Counted from the first letter of the stretch, positions 15,466-23,604 are shown. The stretch is 24,000 nucleotides of DNA from Candidatus Electrothrix aestuarii (GCA_032595685.2 CP159373.1:2886193-2910192); one strand, 5' to 3'. The notes: generated by a model not told the origin, from the sequence alone. Numbers and translations are program-made.

Positions 15466-15761
15466 TGATTACCTCCTTCTTTCTTATCCTTTTTTTTGAA
15501 CATCTCCAGCATTCTATTGGTTACCATGTATCCGCCCACCACATTGATGGTTGCAAAGGCAACAGCCACCGTTCCAAGGAGTGCAGCAAAGGTTAGATTA
15601 TCAGACTTCAAGGAAGCAATGGCTCCGATCAGGGTGATGCCGGAAATAGCATTGGAGCCGGACATGAGTGGGGTGTGCAAGGTCGAGGGGACTTTGGATA
15701 TCAGCTCGAACCCTAAGAAAATGGCCAAGATAAAGACAAAGGTTAAATATACCGGTTCCAT
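15462..15761 (-). CDS. pntAB: NAD(P) transhydrogenase subunit alpha part 2 (membrane)
   Basis: 99 aa containing LHTPLMSGSNAISGI. Its position between pntAA and pntB is typical of the three-gene split form. Confidence 0.9.
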   Translation of the reverse strand: MEPVYLTFVFILAIFLGFELISKVPSTLHTPLMSGSNAISGITLIGAIASLKSDNLTFAALLGTVAVAFATINVVGGYMVTNRMLEMFKKKDKKEGGNQ

Positions 15762-15768
15762 ATCATCC

Positions 15769-16905
15769 TCATTTATTCATGATGCTTTTGTACATCTTAC
15801 TGACGATTTCTCCCTGGTGGGTGACCAGAGCACCTTGCATAATTTCATCGTCCTGATTTATAGTTAGGAGTTTGCTTTCCTTATCCCAGAAATGCTCAAC
15901 AAAATTGCCGAGGTTCGCTGAGTACATTTCACTGGCAGTGGTGGCAACACGTCCTGGAAGGTTAGCAATTCCCAGAATCTTGACACCTTCAATCTCTACA
16001 ATAGTATCGACTTCCGAGCCTTCCACATTACCACCGCTTTCTACCGCCATATCAATAATGACAGAGCCGGGGCGCATTTGGGCCAAGATGGTATGATCGA
16101 TAATTCGGGGAGCCGGACGGCCGAAGAGTTGTGCTGTAGTGATGACCACGTCCGCCCGCGCACAGGCCTTGGCCATACCTTCTTTTTGCAGGGCCATCTG
16201 CTCCGGCGTCAGGGCCTTGGCATAGCCGTCCTTAGTCTGACCAGTTTCTCCCAGATCAACTTTAACAAATTTTGCTCCCAAGGATTTGACCTGCTCCTCG
16301 ACAACAGGCCGGGTATCAAAGGCCTCAACCACTGCGCCCAGGCGTTTGGCCGTGGCAATTGCTTGGAGGCCAGCAACACCAACACCGATGATAAAGACCC
16401 GTGCCGGTTTGATAGTGCCTGCCGGTGTGGTCATCATGGGGAAAACTCTGTCCAGCTGTTCCGCAGCTAGGGTGACGGCTGCATAGCCAGCAAGATTGGC
16501 CTGAGAGGAAAGGACGTCCATTTTTTGGGCAACCGTGGTGCGTGGAACCATTTCTAAGCTGATGGCTGATACTGATGCGTCTCGCAAGGTCTCAACAAGG
16601 TCAACCTCGTTAAAAGGATCAAGGTAGCTGACGTGAATACAGCCCTTTTTCATCAGGATGGCGTCATCTTTGGGTGGCTTCCGCAGCCGAAGAATGACGT
16701 CTGCTTTTTTTAGCATATCCTCTTTAGAAGTTCCTATGCTTGCACCCGCATTTTGGTATTCTTCATCCGCAAAGCGACAGCTCATGCCGAGGTCGGATTC
16801 AATGATCACCTCAGCGCCGAGTTTTACCAGTTTGGCTGCTGTCGCGGGAACAAGCGGGACTCGTTTTTCCCTTGGGTGTCGTTCCTTCATGACTGCGATT
16901 ATCAT
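15769..16905 (-). CDS. pntAA: NAD(P) transhydrogenase subunit alpha part 1 (alanine dehydrogenase/PNT domain)
   Basis: 378 aa containing KERHPREKRV, the Rossmann motif IIGVGVAGLQAIATAKRLGA, and DMAVESGGN. AAGGAG lies upstream of the ATG at 16905. Confidence 0.93.
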   Translation of the reverse strand: MIIAVMKERHPREKRVPLVPATAAKLVKLGAEVIIESDLGMSCRFADEEYQNAGASIGTSKEDMLKKADVILRLRKPPKDDAILMKKGCIHVSYLDPFNEVDLVETLRDASVSAISLEMVPRTTVAQKMDVLSSQANLAGYAAVTLAAEQLDRVFPMMTTPAGTIKPARVFIIGVGVAGLQAIATAKRLGAVVEAFDTRPVVEEQVKSLGAKFVKVDLGETGQTKDGYAKALTPEQMALQKEGMAKACARADVVITTAQLFGRPAPRIIDHTILAQMRPGSVIIDMAVESGGNVEGSEVDTIVEIEGVKILGIANLPGRVATTASEMYSANLGNFVEHFWDKESKLLTINQDDEIMQGALVTHQGEIVSKMYKSIMNK

Positions 16906-17230
16906 AAATTACTCCTTGATGATCGTATAAGTATTTTTGATATAGAAAGAGCTACGCTGGAATTTGACAGGGCATAACCTCGGCTGATGGGTATTGACTG
17001 TGACATAGTAGTTCGTGAAGATGTAAGAAAGCATAACATATTACTTTTTACACGAAAAAAAACAAAAAGCCTACTGAAAATAGAGGAAAAAGGAGTCTGT
17101 TGAAATCACGAAGACTCTGTCCTATGTGCATCTTTTAATGCCTAATGGAGGGTTTGTGGAGGGTTTGTATACCGGAGGAGTTACAGAGAAGCGGATTGAA
17201 GCTGGGAAATTGGGAAGTGTGTTGATGTTG

Positions 17231-17264
17231 TAAAAAACTGGGTACGCGCTAAGCACGCATCCAG
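17231..17264 (-). terminator. probable intrinsic terminator after the SET-domain gene
   Basis: The minus strand reads ctggatgcgtgc-tta-gcgcgtacccag, a 12-position stem with 2 G-U pairs and 1 mismatch, followed by TTTTTT. Confidence 0.5.
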
Positions 17265-17309
17265 TGAACAGACCATACAACAAAGTTCAGTTACATAAGC
17301 TACTATACG

Positions 17310-17774
17310 CTAGATATTTTTAGCGTCCATTGCAATCAGATAAGGAGCCGCGACACCGTCGTACTCTCTCTTTTTTTTATCTGAGAGATCCCTCCATCCA
17401 GTAATCTCGCCTCGACATTTCTTAGCCCCACACATGCACTTTTTGGGGAAATGGTCAACGCTATAGTTTCTCATGGCATAATCAAAAGTTAATTCTTCGT
17501 TGATGCTGATGTGTTTTATAGCTACAAAGTCATGAGCACCGGTTTTATTTACTTTAATACCACAGTTCGGGTCACAGGAGTGATTAACTTTGCTAACTAA
17601 TCCCGCATGAAGTACGTAGTCATGTTCGCCTATTTGTGAGGCATGCGAGTAATTACTGCCGAGTACTTTTTCAATAACTCCAACCATAACTTTCTCGTTA
17701 TGATGAAATGGTCTTGTAGCAAAAACACCTTCTCCTTTTTCGAAAATTTCTCTTAACTCAAATCCTTTGTTCAT
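17310..17774 (-). CDS. minimal SET-domain protein (putative lysine methyltransferase) with post-SET Cys cluster
   Basis: NHSCDPNC, ELTFDY and CMCGAKKCRG are the canonical SET and post-SET motifs. GAGGT lies 7 nt upstream of the ATG. Confidence 0.85.
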   Translation of the reverse strand: MNKGFELREIFEKGEGVFATRPFHHNEKVMVGVIEKVLGSNYSHASQIGEHDYVLHAGLVSKVNHSCDPNCGIKVNKTGAHDFVAIKHISINEELTFDYAMRNYSVDHFPKKCMCGAKKCRGEITGWRDLSDKKKREYDGVAAPYLIAMDAKNI

Positions 17775-17873
17775 ATCATAACCTCGTTAAAATCTATAGT
17801 TGTTCTTCGGTAAACAGTAGACAAAAGAGCCGTCGGTATATACGCTGGCGGCCCTTTTACTCTTCCTTATACG

Positions 17874-18248
17874 TCACACACGAATGATTTCGCTTTTCAG
17901 TGAATAAAGAATAGAAAGAACATCTTTCTTTACATCGTCATCTAATTGGTTTTTATCCATAGCTTCAAAGACGTCATCCACTGCTGCGATGAACTCCTGC
18001 TCGGATATATTCATCCCCCTATGCGTGGATATCATATCTCTTCCGGAATATGCTTCCGGGCCACCTGCTCCTACGCAAAAAAACTCGACTAACATTTTCT
18101 TGGACTGTTCGATATCCTTGGCATGTTTGAATCTTGTGTTAATGACAGGATTGTTGAGGTGTGCTTCAACAACATCATTAACGAGTTGCGCAATCCCAGC
18201 TGTACCGCCTAAACGGTCATAAAGTGTTTTGGACATAATTTGTCTCAT
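17874..18248 (-). CDS. glbN: group I truncated haemoglobin (trHbN-type 2-on-2 globin)
   Basis: LYDRLGG, VEFFCVGAGGPEAYSGRDMISTHRGMNI (proximal His in THRG) and EQEF match the trHbN pattern. The alternative start at 18236 (MSKTLYDRLGG) is at least as likely as 18248. Confidence 0.85.
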   Translation of the reverse strand: MRQIMSKTLYDRLGGTAGIAQLVNDVVEAHLNNPVINTRFKHAKDIEQSKKMLVEFFCVGAGGPEAYSGRDMISTHRGMNISEQEFIAAVDDVFEAMDKNQLDDDVKKDVLSILYSLKSEIIRV

Positions 18249-18350
18249 GTGGTTTTTTTGATGGCTCTCTTTATTGAGTTAGCGCATACATGCCATCGTT
18301 TTTGTCTAAGACAGAGATTCAACTGAACTTCCTTTTCTGCAAAGATCAAT

Positions 18351-18794
18351 TCAAGTCATCTTATGATACAGTGCCAGACTGATTACCAATAAGCTGACAG
18401 CAACGAGTAAGAACGCCGGATAAATCAGGAGGCTAATATCTTTTTTTCCTGCATTGAAAATAAATACTAAGGCTTCCAAACTTACTGCAATCGCAATGAT
18501 GACGAGAAATTTTGATAACGTAGCCTTCTGTGTTGCGTGCGTTATTTCCTCATGGCTTTTTATAACCTCTTCTTCCAGTAAAAATTTAGAGACATCGAAA
18601 ACCGCCATGCCGATGACAATTAAACCAACTGCATCAAGAAGAGATTTCGCAAATAAGTTTTTGTCACTTATTGAAGTGTGGATATTGACAAGAGCAAAAA
18701 TAATCATTGCGAGACTGATCAGACAAAGAAATAGACTGATCAGGGCGAACATTACCAGACTGATTTTATTAGGATACGATTTGATCTTACTCAT
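18351..18794 (-). CDS. hypothetical membrane protein (147 aa, about 4 TM segments)
   Basis: It has four long hydrophobic segments and is AT-rich. No Shine-Dalgarno sequence is obvious and no motif was recognised. Confidence 0.55.
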   Translation of the reverse strand: MSKIKSYPNKISLVMFALISLFLCLISLAMIIFALVNIHTSISDKNLFAKSLLDAVGLIVIGMAVFDVSKFLLEEEVIKSHEEITHATQKATLSKFLVIIAIAVSLEALVFIFNAGKKDISLLIYPAFLLVAVSLLVISLALYHKMT

Positions 18795-19521
18795 ATATTA
18801 CAAAAAGTTGTAAACGTTAGTGGCGAAAGGGGGACACGGATGCAGCGAGCTACTTCTCACTTATACTGACTAAATGAGTAACCCAGCATTGCCAGGGGAG
18901 AATGTTTACATGGCAATTACTCGGGCAACCGGAAAAATCCACCTCTTGAAGAGGACAGGCGCCGAGCTTCATGGTACATATCATTTTGGCTGCCTTTTCC
19001 AAGGCATGCTCTGCTTTTTTTCTATTTATATGCATAATGTGTACACCAACTTTTGTATTGAAAATATCTGTCCAATCGTTTTATTCATTTTGGAGGAGAT
19101 ATTTTACAGCAGTGCGGGATTGCATGGGGAAGGAAGGAAATATTGATGATACTCAAAGAAAGCAACCATCCTGTCTTTACACCAGGTATGCCAGCGAGCT
19201 CTGTGAAAAAGAATCAGGCAATAGATCTACTATGTACTGTACAGTGTGAAGATGATTTTTTCAATAAAATTAAATATTTTTTAACTATTGGGTAGTCCGT
19301 TCTGCTATTCAGCTGGTATTTTCAGTTATGCTGTCACACCTGAGAGCGGGAGTACTGTTTATGAAAGACAGGCCGCAGTCTATTCATCCGATGGGCGGGG
19401 AAAAAGATATGCCTGAGCGGACTGGCTCTGGTTGATGCGTGTTTGCTTCTTGTGAAAGAGAAGATAATTCGTTATAAGCGGAAATAACTCTATACATTGC
19501 AATCAGCGAGGTGCTTCATCT

Positions 19522-19926
19522 ATGGATGATTTTGTTTTTTCTTTGGAACTGTCGGTAAGGGATTATGAGTGTGACCTGCAAGGGATCGTCAATAACGCTG
19601 TTTATCAAAACTATCTTGAACACACTCGGCATGAGTATTTGAAGAGCGTGGGGCTTGATTTTAAAGACTTTACGGATAGGGGAATTAATCTGGTAGTTGT
19701 ACGCATGGAGCTGGATTATAAATACTCCCTCACCAGCGGAGATCAGTTTGTTGTGCGCTTGAATTTTGTCAAAGAGTCAAAAGTTAAGTTTGCTTTCCTA
19801 CAGAATATTTATCGCCTTTCCGATGATAAACTGATGTTGCAGGCAAAGGTGCTTTGTGTGGCTGTGAATTCCAAGGGACGTCCTTTTGTCCCGGAAGAAT
19901 TTCAGAGGATTCTGGACAAAGAGTAA
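19522..19926 (+). CDS. 4HBT/YbgC-family acyl-CoA thioesterase (hot-dog fold)
   Basis: LSVRDYECDLQGIVNNAVYQNYLEHTRHEYL is the typical N-terminal catalytic Asp region of the family. The size is 134 aa, and GAGGTG lies 9 nt upstream. Confidence 0.8.
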   Translation: MDDFVFSLELSVRDYECDLQGIVNNAVYQNYLEHTRHEYLKSVGLDFKDFTDRGINLVVVRMELDYKYSLTSGDQFVVRLNFVKESKVKFAFLQNIYRLSDDKLMLQAKVLCVAVNSKGRPFVPEEFQRILDKE

Positions 19927-19985
19927 GCTGATCTTGCTTGTCTATTGGAGCGGGTACTCAGGAAGAAAAGAGGAGGAATATTGAC

Positions 19986-20408
19986 GTGGTTAATGTATGT
20001 AAGGCAGAGCTGGAAAGTTTTCTTGAAGAATGGCAGGAAGGGCCGGAGAGAAATAAAGAGATTTTCCTTCAGTATAAAGAACAGATGGAACGTGATGAAA
20101 ATATTCAACTGGAGTTTCTCCCTCGCCCTGGAATTACCTATTCCCTCCGAATTGCGCATAAAGAGCAGAAGGCAAGGCCGCTCATAGCAATGATTGATGT
20201 CATTGAAGATGCACCACGATGGCTGTCAGTGTGTTTTTACAACGATATGATTACTGATCCTGAGGAGCAGGGAGATGCTGTTCCCGGTGGATTACTCGGT
20301 GAGGATGCAGTCTGCTTTGACCTTGAAGCATGGGATGATGAGCGCGTCCGCTATGTTGCGTCCCGGCTTGATGAAGCCTGTCAGCATGCTGCACAGGAAG
20401 GACAATGA
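19986..20408 (+). CDS. hypothetical acidic protein (about 140 aa)
   Basis: The ORF is open from 19938. The GTG at 19986 has AGGAGG 9 nt upstream. It lies tightly between the thioesterase and PNP genes. No motif recognised. Confidence 0.5.
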   Translation: MVNVCKAELESFLEEWQEGPERNKEIFLQYKEQMERDENIQLEFLPRPGITYSLRIAHKEQKARPLIAMIDVIEDAPRWLSVCFYNDMITDPEEQGDAVPGGLLGEDAVCFDLEAWDDERVRYVASRLDEACQHAAQEGQ

Positions 20409-20417
20409 TGAGGTATT

Positions 20418-21251
20418 ATGATTGATATCAACGAGCACAAAAAGCAGGTGGAAGAGGCTGTGGCCTTTCTCCAATCTCGTCTTCCGGTTATACCTGAAGT
20501 CCTGATTCAGCTGGGCACGGGCTTGGGGAACCTAGCTCAGGCTATGGATAACCCCACAGTTATTCCTTATGAGGAAATACCCGGTTTCCCTTATTCTACG
20601 GTGACCAGTCATGCGGGTAATCTGGTCTGCGGCACCTTGGCCGGGAAGCCTTGTGCTATTCTGCAAGGACGCTTTCATTATTATGAAGGCTATTCAGCTC
20701 GCGAGGTTGCCTTCCCTGTCCGAGTACTCTCGCTTCTCGGGGTGCGAACAGCTATTATCACTAATGCATCCGGTGGCCTGAATACAGCGTGGTCTGCTGG
20801 CACTATTATGGTCATGAAAGATCATATTAACCAGCTCCCGGATAATCCCCTCCGTGGGCCGAATATTGATACCTGGGGACCACGCTTTCCTGATATGTCA
20901 GCCCCCTATCCGCCTTCACTGCGCAAGTTGGCTCGGCAGGCCGCCCGAAAACTGGAGTTTCCCGATGTGATTGAGGGAACCTACATCTGCATTCCTGGAC
21001 CGAGCTTGGAAACTCCGGCAGAGACCCGGATGCTGCGGCAATTGGGCGCTGATGCTGTGGGGATGTCTTCTGTACCGGAGATCATCACAGCCCTGCATGC
21101 AGGTTTGCAAGTACTGGGCTTATCCGTGGTGGCGAATGTGAATGACCCGGATGATTTTATTCCCATCCTGCTGGAAGATATTGTTGCGTCTGCTTGCCAG
21201 GCAGAACCGAAACTACAGAAAATGATCCTTGAAATTGTACAGGAGCTGTAA
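20418..21251 (+). CDS. trimeric (PunA/mammalian-type) purine nucleoside phosphorylase; possibly a methylthioinosine phosphorylase
   Basis: The sequence is near-collinear with the human PNP pattern: SHAGNLVCG, LQGRFHYYEGY, FPVRVLSLLGV, ITNASGGLN, NPLRGPN, GPRFPDMS, IPGPSLETPAE and LGADAVGMSSVPE. An Asn is retained in ...VVANVN. Confidence 0.9.
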   Translation: MIDINEHKKQVEEAVAFLQSRLPVIPEVLIQLGTGLGNLAQAMDNPTVIPYEEIPGFPYSTVTSHAGNLVCGTLAGKPCAILQGRFHYYEGYSAREVAFPVRVLSLLGVRTAIITNASGGLNTAWSAGTIMVMKDHINQLPDNPLRGPNIDTWGPRFPDMSAPYPPSLRKLARQAARKLEFPDVIEGTYICIPGPSLETPAETRMLRQLGADAVGMSSVPEIITALHAGLQVLGLSVVANVNDPDDFIPILLEDIVASACQAEPKLQKMILEIVQEL

Positions 21252-21253
21252 AT

Positions 21254-22579
21254 ATGTGTGAGAATAATCCCGCGAACATTCATCTGATTCTTTCTGGGCG
21301 CTACCTTGTAGCACATAGCCAGGAAGTGGTAGAGCAGGAAAACATCTCTGTTGCCCTTGCCGGTGATAGTATTGTTGAGGTCGGGGTGAACTTAGCTGCA
21401 AAATATCCACAGGCTGAATGTCTTAGTCATGCTCATGGATTGATAATGCCTGGCCTGATCAATACGCATACCCATGCGGCTATGTCCTGTTTTCGTGGCT
21501 TGGCTGATGATCTGCCCCTGATGGAATGGCTTCAGGAAAATATTTTTCCCCGAGAGGCCCAACTAACCTCGGAGATAGTCTATCACTCCACGCTCCTTTC
21601 TCTTTGTGAGATGATCAAATCCGGCACCACCTCCTTTAATGATATGTACCTCTTTGTGAAGGATGTGGCCCGTGCTGCTGCCGAATCAGGGATGCGGGCC
21701 TGGCTGGGTGAGGTTCTCTATGATTTTCCCTCCCCCAATTATGGGGAGCTGGAGAACGGCTTTACCTATACCGAGGAGCTTTTTGAGCAGTATGCTCAGA
21801 GTGAGCTTGTTACGGTGACGGTCAATCCCCATTCTGTATATACCTGTGCCCCAGCTCTGTTAGAGCGACTGGCTACACAGGCTGAAGAGAAGGATGCATT
21901 GTATCATATCCATCTCTCGGAAAATCAGGATGAGGTGAATACCTGTATGGAGCGATACGGGTGTTCGCCTGTCCAGCATCTGGAGAAGCTGGGATTGCTC
22001 AATGAACGGGTTGTGGCAGCTCACGGCGTTATGGTCAGTGAGGAGGAAATTGACCTGCTGGTAGAGCGCAAGGTTAAGGTGGCACATTGCCCGGAATCGA
22101 ATATGAAATTGGCCTCAGGCGTTGCGCCGATACCTGCCATGCTGGCAAAAGGAATGACTGTCGGCCTTGGCACGGATGGTAGCGCCTCCAATAACGATGT
22201 GGACCTGTTCGGTGAGATGAATTCAGCAGCTAAAATGCATAAAGTAGCCCGGATGGATCCAGCCGTGATGACTGCTGCTCAGACCCTGCACGCGGCCACG
22301 TTGGGAGGTGCTGCTTTACTGGGTGTAGAGAAGGAAATCGGAAGTATTGCTGTAGGCAAGAAGGCTGATTTGATTATGCTGGATATGGACCAACCGCATC
22401 TTACCCCGGTCTATAACCCTGTCTCCCATTTGGTTTATGCAGCCGGAGGCGGTGATGTCATTCACTCGGTTATTAATGGTCAGGTGGTGATGCGAGATCG
22501 AAAATTGACCACCTTGGATGAAGCAGCAATTCTGACAGAGATGAAGCGGATTGGAGAAGAGGTGCAAAGTATGGGATAG
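21254..22579 (+). CDS. mtaD: amidohydrolase of the MtaD type (5-methylthioadenosine/S-adenosylhomocysteine deaminase)
   Basis: PGLINTHTHAAMSCFRGLADDLPLMEWL, HIHLSEN, VAAHGV and GLGTDGSASNN are the metal ligands and layout of the subtype-III amidohydrolase deaminases. The start is 2 nt after the PNP stop. Confidence 0.8.
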   Translation: MCENNPANIHLILSGRYLVAHSQEVVEQENISVALAGDSIVEVGVNLAAKYPQAECLSHAHGLIMPGLINTHTHAAMSCFRGLADDLPLMEWLQENIFPREAQLTSEIVYHSTLLSLCEMIKSGTTSFNDMYLFVKDVARAAAESGMRAWLGEVLYDFPSPNYGELENGFTYTEELFEQYAQSELVTVTVNPHSVYTCAPALLERLATQAEEKDALYHIHLSENQDEVNTCMERYGCSPVQHLEKLGLLNERVVAAHGVMVSEEEIDLLVERKVKVAHCPESNMKLASGVAPIPAMLAKGMTVGLGTDGSASNNDVDLFGEMNSAAKMHKVARMDPAVMTAAQTLHAATLGGAALLGVEKEIGSIAVGKKADLIMLDMDQPHLTPVYNPVSHLVYAAGGGDVIHSVINGQVVMRDRKLTTLDEAAILTEMKRIGEEVQSMG

Positions 22580-22580
22580 T

Positions 22581-22610
22581 AGTAGGGGCGGTTAGCGAAC
22601 CGCCCCTACT
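22581..22610. terminator. bidirectional terminator hairpin between convergent genes
   Basis: agtaggggcggtt-agcg-aaccgcccctact forms a 13-bp perfect stem, followed on the plus strand by atttatt. It lies between the mtaD stop (22579) and the minus-strand CDS stop (22644). Confidence 0.75.
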
Positions 22611-22643
22611 ATTTATTGTATGAATTAGTATGAATTATTGAGG

Positions 22644-23480
22644 TTATTTGATTTCAGAAAGAAGCTTCGGATCAGTAACCAGCTGTCTTACGCCGTGTGC
22701 GTGATCTTCATCAAAAACATTATCCTTACACCAAGCATTCAGGCTGCTGATGTCGATTTTTGCGCATTGCGGACGAACACTCCAGGTGACCTGGTAAGGA
22801 GAGCATGTTTCCTGGGTGAATTTTGGTCCTGTTGTGGAGCCCAGGAACTCTACCGGAACGCCGGTATTGGTAGGCAGAGACTTTGCCTGATGCAGTCCGT
22901 TGACAACATTACCACCATAGGCCATGTCTGCAAAGTTCAGCGCACTGGAATCATTCACAACCAGAAAAACCTGAGACTCAACGCGGAGATCCGGATTGAC
23001 ACAGCCTTCAGAGCTGCATGAGCCCAGTCCTTTGCCCGGTGCGACATCGCAGGAGCTGTGAACCCAATGCACCTCAATGGTATCGCCGGGTTTTACACCT
23101 TCGCAACCGCCTTCACCCTCAACCGGAGTCAGCTCTTTTTTGGTCAGGTTCTTGGTATCATTACACTGATAGCCGCCGCCATGACCATGCTCACCTTCAC
23201 CGGCATAGATGGAATAGTCTTTTGCTTTATGCTCGGCATGAACATGAAAATGGATGTTACAGAGATTCATGTCTTTATAACCAGGGGCAAAAGAATAGAG
23301 CTGCGTATTCTCACCAACTTTGCTGTCAATATCTCTTGGGGTCTGTGGGCCAAAGCCTTCGCAGACCTTACCGGTGCCTTCTGGATGATGACCCGCATCT
23401 TTTGCACAGCCTGTGCTTGCAAGTAATCCAAACGCAGAAGAGACAACAAAAAGAGCCTGAAGTGTTTTTTTAAGATTCAT
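22644..23480 (-). CDS. divergent alpha-like (possibly delta-class-like) carbonic anhydrase, predicted periplasmic lipoprotein
   Basis: The signal peptide with a Cys is MNLKKTLQALFVVSSAFGLLASTGC. GPQTPRDID resembles alpha-CA QSPIDI. NIHFHVHAEH resembles FHFHWGS..SEH, IEVHWVHS resembles LHLVHWN, and GSTTGP...VTW resembles GSLTTPP..VTW. GGAGGA lies 7 nt upstream of the ATG at 23480, so the ATG at 23537 in the track is probably too far upstream. Confidence 0.7.
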   Translation of the reverse strand: MNLKKTLQALFVVSSAFGLLASTGCAKDAGHHPEGTGKVCEGFGPQTPRDIDSKVGENTQLYSFAPGYKDMNLCNIHFHVHAEHKAKDYSIYAGEGEHGHGGGYQCNDTKNLTKKELTPVEGEGGCEGVKPGDTIEVHWVHSSCDVAPGKGLGSCSSEGCVNPDLRVESQVFLVVNDSSALNFADMAYGGNVVNGLHQAKSLPTNTGVPVEFLGSTTGPKFTQETCSPYQVTWSVRPQCAKIDISSLNAWCKDNVFDEDHAHGVRQLVTDPKLLSEIK

Positions 23481-23574
23481 TGGTACGTCCTCCTTTTTCC
23501 TTTTAACTATATTAGCTTTGTACGCTTTGTAAATCATTCAAAGTGACGTTGCTCTGTCCTTATCTATAAGTGTT

Positions 23575-23604
23575 ATTTTATGCCTGATGAAATTAAAAAG
23601 TCAA
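23575..23604 (-). promoter_or_regulatory. candidate sigma70-type promoter for the carbonic-anhydrase-like gene
   Basis: The minus strand reads TTGACT (23604-23599), an 18-nt spacer, then TAAAAT (23580-23575), about 95 nt upstream of the ATG. This rests on pattern match only. Confidence 0.3.

Noticed and set aside
18850-19249. Three overlapping short ORFs (61 aa on the minus strand; 90 and 92 aa on the plus strand) in the divergent intergenic region
   Set aside because: None has a Shine-Dalgarno sequence at a usable distance, they mutually overlap, and they contain no motif. The region is left as unexplained (see findings) rather than annotated.
22618-22637. Tandem 10-mer gtatgaatta, two copies, next to the bidirectional terminator
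   Set aside because: It is a short AT-rich duplication in a convergent intergenic spacer. There is no further copy and no plausible function.
22638-23473. Plus-strand ORFs 22638-23021, 23018-23473 and 23058-23426
   Set aside because: They are antisense to the carbonic-anhydrase-like gene, whose motif order is convincing. The first of these ORFs would also start right after the bidirectional terminator, without an RBS.
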